Source of the DNA: a bacterium
GTDB lineage: Bacteria > Sysuimicrobiota > Sysuimicrobiia > Sysuimicrobiales > Humicultoraceae
Length of the DNA: 64,000 bases
Direction: 5' to 3'
Assembly: GCA_050695215.1 (NCBI GenBank)
Contig: JBOGSD010000068.1
Location: forward strand, 25,097-89,096
Positions 9,183-17,281 of the stretch are shown one piece after another; the stretch's first letter is position 1; the number at the start of each line of letters is the position of its first letter. A model generated the notes under the pieces. That model was given only the letters and a program-made list of their open reading frames with translations, searched no databases and was not told where the DNA came from. Position numbers and translations under genes: made by a program.

Positions 9183-10664
9183 CTACCCCGCCGCTGCGCT
9201 CCGGAGCTGCCGCGCGGCATACTGACCGGCGATGCGCCCGAAGACCGCCCCCCGCATCAGGCCCGCCCCCGCCGGATAGTTGAAGTAGAAGAACCCACCG
9301 GTGATCTCTCCCGTCGCCAGCAGGCCGGGGATAATGGCATTCTCGGTATCGAGCACCCGGGCCTGCTCGTCCACGCGGATGCCGCCGTAGGTGAAGGTAA
9401 TGCCGCAGGTGACCGGATACGCCACAAAGGGGGGCCGCTCGAGCGGCGTGGCCCAGTTGGACTTGGCAGGCTGCAGCCCCCGCGTCCTGAAGCCATCGCG
9501 CACGGCGGGATCGAAGCGGCCGCTCCGCGGGGCGGCATTGTACGCCGCCAACTGGTCGGCCAGCGTCCGGCGCGGCACCCCGACCGCGTCGGCCAGCGCC
9601 TCGAAGGTCTCCGCCTGCTGCGGGCGAGCGGTGCGGTACCGTTCCTCTAGGAGCGGGACGGTCTGCTGGTCGAAGAGCTGCCAGGCCCGATTCTGCGGCT
9701 GTGAAAGAATCGCCCGGCCGATCCTGGCATAGGTGTACTGGGAAAAGTCCTCTCCCTCGTCGATGAACCGCCGGCCCTCGCTGTTGACCATGACGCTGTA
9801 GGGATAGGAGAGCCGGTTGGTCTTGTCGGTGAGCCGGAGGTCTCCCACCGGCGGCGCGGTGGCGTCGATCGGCGTGGCGTGGCAGCCGCTCCAGTGACCG
9901 TAGGGCTGCGCGCCCGCCTCGAGAGCGGCCGCGAGCATCTCGCCGGTGTTGTAGGCGGTGCCGCGGACGAAAACGGTATCCCATCCCGTCCCCAGGTAAC
10001 GGGCCCGCATCTCGGGGTTGGCCTCGAAGCCTCCGCTTCCCAGAATCACACTGTCTGCGTCCAGCTCGAGGGTGCGCCCCCCGGTCCGCACCGCCACTCC
10101 CCGCACCCGCCCTGCGCCGTCCACCGCGAGGCGGATTGCCTTGGCGTCGTAGGCGATGGGAATCGACCGCGCCTCCGCCGCCGCGAAGAGCGCCTGGCTC
10201 AGCCCCGGGCCGGCGCCGCGTGTCTGCAGGAGGAGGCCGGGCGGAAAGGACCAGCGCCGCCCCTGGCGGAGGCCAAAGATCTCGCTGAGTTCCCATTCCA
10301 CCCCCAGATCCCGCATCCAGCGGATGGTCTCCAGCGAACGTTCCACCAGCACCCCGGTCAGCAGCGGGTCGGCCAGCCCGCCGCTGGTGCGCATGATGTC
10401 GGTGTAATACCGGTTGGTCGGATAGGGCTCGCCCTCGACCTCCGCATCCGGCGGAGCCGGCAGCAGCCGTAGGACTTCCTCTACCGACGCGTAGGCGAAG
10501 CGGAAGACCGCGCCGGAGAAACGGGTGTTGCCCCCGCGCAGCTCCCGCGTGGCCTTTTCTACGACCAGCACCGCGGCCCCCGCGTCCCGGGCGGCGATCG
10601 CGGCGGTGAGGGCGGCGTTGCCGGCGCCGACGACGATGACGTCCGCCTGCGGCAGATCCGTCAC
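9183..10664 (-). CDS. FAD-dependent oxidoreductase, TcuA (tricarballylate dehydrogenase)-like / fumarate reductase flavoprotein family
   Basis: N-terminal GAGNAALTAAI Rossmann motif. C-terminal GEITGGFFYFNYP..GAVFGRIAG typical of TcuA and fumarate reductase flavoproteins. Confidence 0.7.
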   Translation of the reverse strand: MTDLPQADVIVVGAGNAALTAAIAARDAGAAVLVVEKATRELRGGNTRFSGAVFRFAYASVEEVLRLLPAPPDAEVEGEPYPTNRYYTDIMRTSGGLADPLLTGVLVERSLETIRWMRDLGVEWELSEIFGLRQGRRWSFPPGLLLQTRGAGPGLSQALFAAAEARSIPIAYDAKAIRLAVDGAGRVRGVAVRTGGRTLELDADSVILGSGGFEANPEMRARYLGTGWDTVFVRGTAYNTGEMLAAALEAGAQPYGHWSGCHATPIDATAPPVGDLRLTDKTNRLSYPYSVMVNSEGRRFIDEGEDFSQYTYARIGRAILSQPQNRAWQLFDQQTVPLLEERYRTARPQQAETFEALADAVGVPRRTLADQLAAYNAAPRSGRFDPAVRDGFRTRGLQPAKSNWATPLERPPFVAYPVTCGITFTYGGIRVDEQARVLDTENAIIPGLLATGEITGGFFYFNYPAGAGLMRGAVFGRIAGQYAARQLRSAAAG

Positions 10665-11548
10665 CGCGGGTCCCCGCTCCCCCCCTCGCCGTAGCGCTCG
10701 GACAGGGCGAGGTACTCATCCAGGCGGACCAGGGCGTCCCGCTCGGCGAACGCCGCGCGCGCTGCCTCGGGGGTATGACCCTCCCGGCGCAGCGCGGTGA
10801 GGGCGCGCTGCATCCCCCGGACGGCCGCCAGCTGCGCGTCGGCGGGGAAGATGACGATCCGATAACCGAGCACTTCCAGGTCGCGGGGGGCGAGCAGCGG
10901 GCTCTTGCCGCTGTAGGTCATGTTGTAGAGCAGAGGGTGGCGGATGGCGCGGGAGATCGCGGCCACCTCGTCCACCGATCGCGGCGCTTCGACGAAAATC
11001 ATGTCCGCCCCGGCTGCGGCGTACGCCGTCCCGCGGCGCACCGCCTCCTCCAGCCCCACCGCGGCGCGCGCGTCGGTGCGGGCGATGACGATCAGGTCGG
11101 GGTCGGTCCGCGCCTCCACGGCCGCGCGGATCTTGCCGGCCATCTCTTCCAGCGGGATCAGATCCTGGCCGTCGTAGTGGCCGCAGCGCTTTGGAGCGAT
11201 CTGGTCCTCCAAATGCAGGGCGGCGACGCCCGCCGCCTCGTAGGCACGTACCGTCCGCCGCACGTTCAACGCGTTCCCGTAGCCGGTGTCGGCGTCGGCG
11301 ATCACCGGCACCGTCACCGCCTCAGTGATCTGCCGGATCCGCGCCACCATGTCGCTGAGGTCGAGCAGGCCGAGGTCGGGCAGGCCGCTGCTGCGGGCGA
11401 TCGCCCCTCCGCTGGCGTAGACTGCCTCAAACCCGGCCTCCTCCGCAAGGCGCGCGGAGAGGCCGTCGAAGACGCCGGGGGCGACGAGGATGGGACCATC
11501 AGCGATCCTTGCGCGGAGGCGTTTGCGCTGGGCGGTCGCCTCGCTCAT
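10661..11548 (-). CDS. Isocitrate lyase/PEP mutase family lyase (2-methylisocitrate lyase PrpB-like)
   Basis: KRCGH signature of the ICL/PEPM family. DADTGYG metal site. A GTG at 11554 is an alternative start. Confidence 0.75.
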   Translation of the reverse strand: MSEATAQRKRLRARIADGPILVAPGVFDGLSARLAEEAGFEAVYASGGAIARSSGLPDLGLLDLSDMVARIRQITEAVTVPVIADADTGYGNALNVRRTVRAYEAAGVAALHLEDQIAPKRCGHYDGQDLIPLEEMAGKIRAAVEARTDPDLIVIARTDARAAVGLEEAVRRGTAYAAAGADMIFVEAPRSVDEVAAISRAIRHPLLYNMTYSGKSPLLAPRDLEVLGYRIVIFPADAQLAAVRGMQRALTALRREGHTPEAARAAFAERDALVRLDEYLALSERYGEGGSGDPR

Positions 11549-11550
11549 CG

Positions 11551-13317
11551 TCACGGCACAGGCTGACCCGGCGCCAACCTGGCGGCCAGCGCCGGTGGGA
11601 CTTCCGCCTCCACCCAGATGGCGTCGGCCTTGTAGCGCTGCGTCAGCACGCGCCCCTGCGCGTACACCGCGGCCAGCCGTCCGGCCTCAGCGTAGGGGAT
11701 GGCGAAGCGGACCCGCACGAGCGGCGCCGGCAGCCGCTGGCCGATGCGCCGCAGCAGGTTCAACAGCCCGACGCCGTGCTGGGCGGCGATGAGGACCGCC
11801 TCGGGGACCTCCCGCTCGCGGGCCTGGCGCTCGGCGGCCGTCAGCCGGTCGATCTTGTTGAAGGCCAGCACCTGGGTCCGCTCCCCCGCGCCCAGCTCGG
11901 CGAGGACGCGGTCGGCGACCGCGCGTTGGTGCCGCCACTGCGGGTCGGAGGCGTCCACGACGTGCACCAGGAGGTCGGCGGCCACGACCTCTTCCAGGGT
12001 CGCCCGGAAGGCTGCCACCAGGTGGGTGGGCAGTTTGTGGATGAAGCCGACGGTGTCCACCAAGAGGACGGTCTGGCCGTTGGGCAGGGTGACCTTGCGC
12101 ACGGTGGGGTCTAGCGTGGCAAAGAGCTTGTCTTCGACAAGCACGCCGGCCTGTGTCAGCGCGTTGAGTAAGGTTGATTTGCCGGCGTTGGTGTATCCGG
12201 TGATGGCGACGATGGGATGGCGGGTGTCGCGCCGAGCGGCGCGCTGCAGCGCCCGGTGGCGGCCCACCTCGCCGAGTTCGCGGCGCAGGTCGGTGATGCG
12301 CTGGCGGATCCGGCGGCGGTCCACTTCCAGCTTCGTTTCCCCCGGGCCGCGCGTGCCGATCCCGCCGCCGAGCCGCGAGAGCCAGACGCCCCGCCCGGCC
12401 AGCCGCGGCAGGAGGTAGGTCATTTGCGCCAGTTCCACCTGCAGGCGCCCCTCGCGCGTCTGCGCGCGGCGCGCGAAGATGTCCAGAACGAGCGCGGTGC
12501 GGTCGAGCACCTTGAGCCCGAGGTCCCGCTCCAGGTTCCGCTGCTGCGCGGGGCGCAGGTCCAGGTCGAAAATGGCCAGGTCGGCGTCGCGCTCCTCGCA
12601 AAGGCGGAGCAGCTCGGTCACCTTTCCGCGGCCGATAGCGGTGGCCGGGTCGGGACGAGCGCGTGCCTGCGACAACCGGCCGACGATCTCGGCGCCGGCG
12701 GTCTCGGCCAGCCGGGCGAGTTCATCGAGCGAGGCCTCGGCGGGCAGGGTGTCTATGCCGTCGGTGCCGTCGCCGGTGGAGAGTCCCACGAGGACGGCGC
12801 GCTCGAACCGTGCCGCCGTGCGGATCAGCGCGGGCGCCCGTCGCAAGGCAGACTCTGTGGCCTTGATCCGAGGCGCCGCTTCCAGGTGCACCAACGTCTC
12901 GATGTCGTAGGGTCCTTCCGACGTGGCGCCCGGAGGGCTCCCGTTCCACCCGGGGGCCAGCGTGATCAGCCATCCCTCGGTGGGAGTCCCCTTGCGCGAT
13001 CCGATGAGGAGGGCCAGATCCAGCCGCGCCTCAATCAGGTGGCGTTCGTCTCCGGCCCCCGGCCGGCTCTCCGCCTCCGGCCGCGCCCCCACGTAGCGGA
13101 GCCCGATCAACCGCGTAGAGGAGGCCCGGGAGGTCAGTCCCTCGAGCAGTTCCTGCCAGCGCCGGCTGACCACGACCTCGCGCACCGTGCCGTGGCGGTC
13201 CAGGTAGACGCCCACCTCCCGGCGGGTGGCGTGGGACAGGTGCGCCAGCGTGGCCAGGAGGTCGGGCGAGGCGACGCGGTCCTGCGGGACATGGTGGCGC
13301 AGCAGCGCGGTGAGCAT
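11551..13317 (-). CDS. hflX: GTPase HflX
   Basis: HflX N-domain followed by a G-domain (GYTNAGKSTLLNALT, DTVGF) and a C-terminal domain. Has a long N-terminal extension. Confidence 0.85.
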   Translation of the reverse strand: MLTALLRHHVPQDRVASPDLLATLAHLSHATRREVGVYLDRHGTVREVVVSRRWQELLEGLTSRASSTRLIGLRYVGARPEAESRPGAGDERHLIEARLDLALLIGSRKGTPTEGWLITLAPGWNGSPPGATSEGPYDIETLVHLEAAPRIKATESALRRAPALIRTAARFERAVLVGLSTGDGTDGIDTLPAEASLDELARLAETAGAEIVGRLSQARARPDPATAIGRGKVTELLRLCEERDADLAIFDLDLRPAQQRNLERDLGLKVLDRTALVLDIFARRAQTREGRLQVELAQMTYLLPRLAGRGVWLSRLGGGIGTRGPGETKLEVDRRRIRQRITDLRRELGEVGRHRALQRAARRDTRHPIVAITGYTNAGKSTLLNALTQAGVLVEDKLFATLDPTVRKVTLPNGQTVLLVDTVGFIHKLPTHLVAAFRATLEEVVAADLLVHVVDASDPQWRHQRAVADRVLAELGAGERTQVLAFNKIDRLTAAERQAREREVPEAVLIAAQHGVGLLNLLRRIGQRLPAPLVRVRFAIPYAEAGRLAAVYAQGRVLTQRYKADAIWVEAEVPPALAARLAPGQPVP

Positions 13318-13346
13318 GCGCCGGTGAGTGGGATCGATCGCGCGGG

Positions 13347-14588
13347 TCAGGCCCCAGACCTGCGGGATGACTCCTCGCCTCCGACCCTGGAGGATGACGC
13401 CTCACGTCCAACCCTGGAGGATGGCGTCTGACTTCCAAAAGCACGGGCCAACCGGTCGAGGGCCTCGTCGAGCCGGGCGTCCGGCGTGGTCAGGGAGATG
13501 CGGACATAGCGGACTCCCTGGGCGCCATAACCTGCGCCTGGGGTGATGAGGACGCCGGTGCGGTCCAGCACCTCCGCCGCAAAGTCGGCGCCGCTGCGCC
13601 CGTTGGGGGCGGCCATCCAAAGATAGATCGTGGCCTTGGGCCGGTCCACCGGCCAGCCGATCGCGGTGAGCGCCTCCGTGGCGCGGTCCCGCCGGCGGCG
13701 GTAGACGTCCACGCGCTGATGCAGCGGTTCCCGCGGCCCCAGCAGGGCGGCGACGCCCGCTTCCTGGACGGCTCGGAACACACCGGAATCGACGTTGGTC
13801 TTGATCGTCCCCAGCGCCTTGATCACCGCGGCGTTGCCGACGGCAAACCCGATGCGCCACCCGGTCATGCAGAAGGTTTTGGAGAGGGAGTGAAACTCCA
13901 CCCCCACCTCCTTGGCGCCGTGCGCCTGCAGGAAGCTGGGCGGCCGGTACCCATCGTAGGCGATCTCGGAATAGGAGTTGTCGTGCGCCACCACCAGGTC
14001 GTGCGCCTGCGCAAACTGGACCGCCTCTTCGAAGAACGGCAGCTCGATCACGCCGGCGGTGGGATTGTTGGGGTAGTTGAGAAAGAGGATCCGGGCGCGG
14101 CGCGCGCTCGCCGCAGAGATAGCGGCCAGCTCCGGGACGAACGCGCGCGCGGGGTCGAGGGGGAACGCGATCGGGTCCCCCTCCGCCAGGATCGTGGCGG
14201 AGCGGTAGACCGGATAGCCGGGGTCCGGGACGAGCGTGGCGTCGCCCGGATTCAAGAGCGCCCAGGGCAAGTGGGCCAGTCCCTCTTTTGACCCGATCAA
14301 GGCGAGGACTTCGGTCTGGGGGTCGAGGCGAACGTCGAACCGGCGGCGGTACCATTCGGCCACCGCCTCGCGAAAGTCCGCGCTGCCCCCATACGGAGGA
14401 TAGCGGTGGCTCCGCGGATCCCGCGCCGCCCGCACCAGCGCATCGATGATGTGCTCCGGCGTCGGCAGATCGGGGTCGCCGACGCCCAGGCTGATCACGT
14501 CGACGCCTTTCGCCGCCAGCGCCTCCTTCTGGCGGTCCAGGTCGGCGAACAGGTAGGCGCCGATGCGGTTCAGTCGGCCCGAGTTCAT
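13347..14588 (-). CDS. Class I/II PLP aminotransferase (LL-diaminopimelate aminotransferase DapL-like)
   Basis: Aminotransferase class I fold with SLSKTF PLP-lysine motif. Start taken at the ATG at 14588, preceded by GGTGGAG. The C-terminal tail is encoded by a 27-bp tandem duplication. Confidence 0.75.
   Translation of the reverse strand: MNSGRLNRIGAYLFADLDRQKEALAAKGVDVISLGVGDPDLPTPEHIIDALVRAARDPRSHRYPPYGGSADFREAVAEWYRRRFDVRLDPQTEVLALIGSKEGLAHLPWALLNPGDATLVPDPGYPVYRSATILAEGDPIAFPLDPARAFVPELAAISAASARRARILFLNYPNNPTAGVIELPFFEEAVQFAQAHDLVVAHDNSYSEIAYDGYRPPSFLQAHGAKEVGVEFHSLSKTFCMTGWRIGFAVGNAAVIKALGTIKTNVDSGVFRAVQEAGVAALLGPREPLHQRVDVYRRRRDRATEALTAIGWPVDRPKATIYLWMAAPNGRSGADFAAEVLDRTGVLITPGAGYGAQGVRYVRISLTTPDARLDEALDRLARAFGSQTPSSRVGREASSSRVGGEESSRRSGA
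13386..13440. repeat. 27-bp imperfect tandem duplication (2 copies) in the 3' end of the aminotransferase gene
   Basis: CCCTGGAGGATGACGCCTCACGTCCAA followed by CCCTGGAGGATGGCGTCTGACTTCCAA, read directly on the plus strand. Confidence 0.5.
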
Positions 14589-14608
14589 TGCTCCACCATC
14601 TTCCGCCT

Positions 14609-15514
14609 TCATTGCATCGTAAGCATAGCATGGACAGTCATCGCGACCGTTTCCGCCCCGGCGTGCCCCACGTCGATCCAACGGATGCGGGTGTCGCGGC
14701 GAAACCAGACCTCCTGGCGCCGCGCATACCGCCTCGTGTTCCGTTTGAGCAGGGCCACCGCGTTGTCGAGGGTCGCCTTCCCCTCCAGGACCGGGACGAT
14801 CTCCTTGTAACCGAGGCCCTGCATGGCGGGGGTGCTGGGAGGGACGCCCGCGGAGACGAGCGCGCGCACCTCCTCGACCAGTCCGGCGGCAATCTGCTGA
14901 TCCACCCGTTCATCGATCCGCCGCTGCAGCAGCGGACGAGGCATCCGCAGCCCGATCATCGTGACCTGCCAGAGAGGCGCCTCGGCCCGCTGCTGCGCCG
15001 AGAGCGGCCGTCCCGTGCGGTCGATCACCTCCAGCGCCCGGATGATCCGCCGCACGTTCCGCGGATGAATGCGCGCCGCCGCCTGCGGATCTACCTGCTC
15101 CAGGCGCGCATAGAGGGCGCCGGGGGTGAGCCCATCCGCCTCCTCCGCCTTCCGGCGGAATGCCCAGTCGGGACTCACCCGGGGAAGGCGCAGGCCATCG
15201 ACGAGGGCCCGCAGGTAGAGGCCCGTCCCCCCGACCAGCAGCGGCACCCGCGCGCGGGCGTGCACGGAGGCGATGGCGGCCAGCGCGAGGCCCTGGTACT
15301 GGCTCAGCGTGAAGACCTCGCGGGGGTCGGCGACGTCGAGCAGATGATGGGGCACGGCGGCCCGCGCGGCCGGCGTGGGCTTGGCCGTCCCGATGTCCAT
15401 CCCACGGTAGATGGTACGCGAATCGGCGGAGACGATCTCCGCGCCGATCTCCGGCGCCAGGGCCACCGCGGCGGCGCTCTTGCCGGTGGCGGTCGCTCCA
15501 CAGATGACCACCAC
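14609..15514 (-). CDS. miaA: tRNA dimethylallyltransferase
   Basis: P-loop CGATATGKS and DSRTIYRGMDIGTAKP motif. The start is a GTG. Confidence 0.9.
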   Translation of the reverse strand: MVVICGATATGKSAAAVALAPEIGAEIVSADSRTIYRGMDIGTAKPTPAARAAVPHHLLDVADPREVFTLSQYQGLALAAIASVHARARVPLLVGGTGLYLRALVDGLRLPRVSPDWAFRRKAEEADGLTPGALYARLEQVDPQAAARIHPRNVRRIIRALEVIDRTGRPLSAQQRAEAPLWQVTMIGLRMPRPLLQRRIDERVDQQIAAGLVEEVRALVSAGVPPSTPAMQGLGYKEIVPVLEGKATLDNAVALLKRNTRRYARRQEVWFRRDTRIRWIDVGHAGAETVAMTVHAMLTMQ

Positions 15515-15574
15515 CCGCCGCGGCGTCAGCCCTCCCTCCGCCGCGGCGTTAGCCGTCCTTCACCGCCCCGAGGA

Positions 15575-17281
15575 TCATCGTCGGAGGAACCAGCGTTCGA
15601 GGGTAGGCCGGGAGACCCAGACCATCGTGGGGCGGCCGTGGAAGCAGGTGAACGGATCCTCCGTCGCCTCGAGGTCGGCCAGCAGGCCGGTCATCTCGGC
15701 CTCAGTGAGCGGGTCCCCGGCGCGCACCGCGGTGTGGCAGGCGGTGGCGATGGCCAGACGCGCCACCGCTCCGTCGCCGCTGCCCGGCTCCAGGAGGGCG
15801 CCGAGCACGCGGTGCAGCAGCCGGTCTGGGGCCTGGCGGCGCAATGCCGCGGGGATCGCCCGCACCAGGAGCGTCGATCCGCCGAACGGCTCGAGGGCGA
15901 AGCCCAACCGCACGGAGGCGGGCAGGAATTCATCCAGCACCCCCATCTCCTCGGCGCTGAGCTCCACCGGCACCGGGGCCGTCAATGCCTGCGCTGCTTG
16001 GGGCCCGCCGGCCCGACGCAGCAGCCGCTCGTAGAGGATGCGCTCGTGTGCGGCGTGCTGGTCGATCAGGACCAGCCCGTCGGCAGCCTCGGCCAACAGA
16101 TAGGTCCGCAGGATCTGCCCGAGCGGGCGCAGCGCGGGCAGCCGCCTTCCCTCCTCCACCGGCAGCGCCGGAGGAGCCCCGGTGAGTGTGGTTCCGGCGT
16201 AGAGCGGGGCGGGTTCGGCGATCGTGGAAGCGATCGCAGAGGCGAGAGCGCCGCCGACCGCGACGGCCGCGAGGTCCGGCGCCGCGCGGAGCGCCCCCGG
16301 CGCCACGAGCGCGTCGCGCACCGCCCGCTGCGCCGCCACGAAGACGCGGTGCTCGTCGCCGAAGCGCACCTCGTGCTTGCGCGGATGGACGTTGACGTCC
16401 ACCGCCGCCGGGGCGATGTCCAGGAAGAGGACGACCACGGGCGCGAGCCCCACGGGCAGGAGTTCCGCGTACCCTTGCGCGACCGCCCGGGAGAGCAGCC
16501 GGCTTTGGATGGGACGGCGGTTGACAAAGAGATACTCGATGGGCCGCCCCGGACGCGCGCGCTCGGGGCGGACGGTCCAGCCGGAGACGGACAGCCCGCT
16601 GCCCTCTCTGCGCAGCGGGACCATCGCGGCGCCGAGGTCGCGGCCGAGGACCTGCGCCAGGCGCTCTTCGGGATCCGCCGCGGGGTAGGCGAAGGTTTCT
16701 CGCTCTTCGTGGCGCAACCGGAAGGCCACCGCCGGTGCGGCCAGGGCCAACCGCTGGAGGGTCTCGGCGATCAAGGCAAACTCCCGTGCCGCCGACTTGA
16801 GGAACTTGCGCCGGGCGGGGGTGTTGAAGAAGAGCGATTCGACCATGACCACGGTGCCGGGGGCGGTTCCGCTGACGCTGATGCGGGCGGCGCTCCCTCC
16901 CTCGCTCTCCACGCGCGTGCCGGCGTCGGCGGCGGGAGGGCGGGTATTCAGCGCCAGCCGGCTCACCGCGGCGATGCTGGGAAGCGCTTCACCGCGGAAG
17001 CCGAACGTGGCGATGCGTTCCAAGTCGTCGGCCGCGCCGATCTTGCTGGTGGCGAAGCGGCGCACCGCCAGGGCGGCATCGTCGGGGTCCATGCCGGCCC
17101 CGTCATCACTGACTCGGATGAGTGCGAGGCCCGCCCCCAGGATTTCAACGGTGATCGAGTGCGCGCCGGCGTCGAGACTGTTCTCGACCAGTTCCTTCAC
17201 GACCGAGGCGGGACGCTCCACCACCTCGCCGGCGGCGATCCGGTCGGCGACATGCTGATCGAGGACGTGGATCCGGCTCAC
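15575..17281 (-). CDS. mutL: DNA mismatch repair protein MutL
   Basis: GHKL ATPase N-terminus (ELVENSLDAGA), transducer domain and C-terminal dimerisation domain. 4-nt overlap with mutS. Confidence 0.9.
   Translation of the reverse strand: MSRIHVLDQHVADRIAAGEVVERPASVVKELVENSLDAGAHSITVEILGAGLALIRVSDDGAGMDPDDAALAVRRFATSKIGAADDLERIATFGFRGEALPSIAAVSRLALNTRPPAADAGTRVESEGGSAARISVSGTAPGTVVMVESLFFNTPARRKFLKSAAREFALIAETLQRLALAAPAVAFRLRHEERETFAYPAADPEERLAQVLGRDLGAAMVPLRREGSGLSVSGWTVRPERARPGRPIEYLFVNRRPIQSRLLSRAVAQGYAELLPVGLAPVVVLFLDIAPAAVDVNVHPRKHEVRFGDEHRVFVAAQRAVRDALVAPGALRAAPDLAAVAVGGALASAIASTIAEPAPLYAGTTLTGAPPALPVEEGRRLPALRPLGQILRTYLLAEAADGLVLIDQHAAHERILYERLLRRAGGPQAAQALTAPVPVELSAEEMGVLDEFLPASVRLGFALEPFGGSTLLVRAIPAALRRQAPDRLLHRVLGALLEPGSGDGAVARLAIATACHTAVRAGDPLTEAEMTGLLADLEATEDPFTCFHGRPTMVWVSRPTLERWFLRR

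Noticed and set aside
5894-10719. Overlapping alternative-frame ORFs on the minus strand (5894-7027, 377 aa; 9163-10719, 518 aa; 8093-9283, 396 aa on the plus strand).
   Set aside because: They share the strand or locus of tctA, tctC and the TcuA-like gene but run in a different frame. The translations are Arg/Gly-rich with no domain. The in-frame homologous proteins explain the locus.
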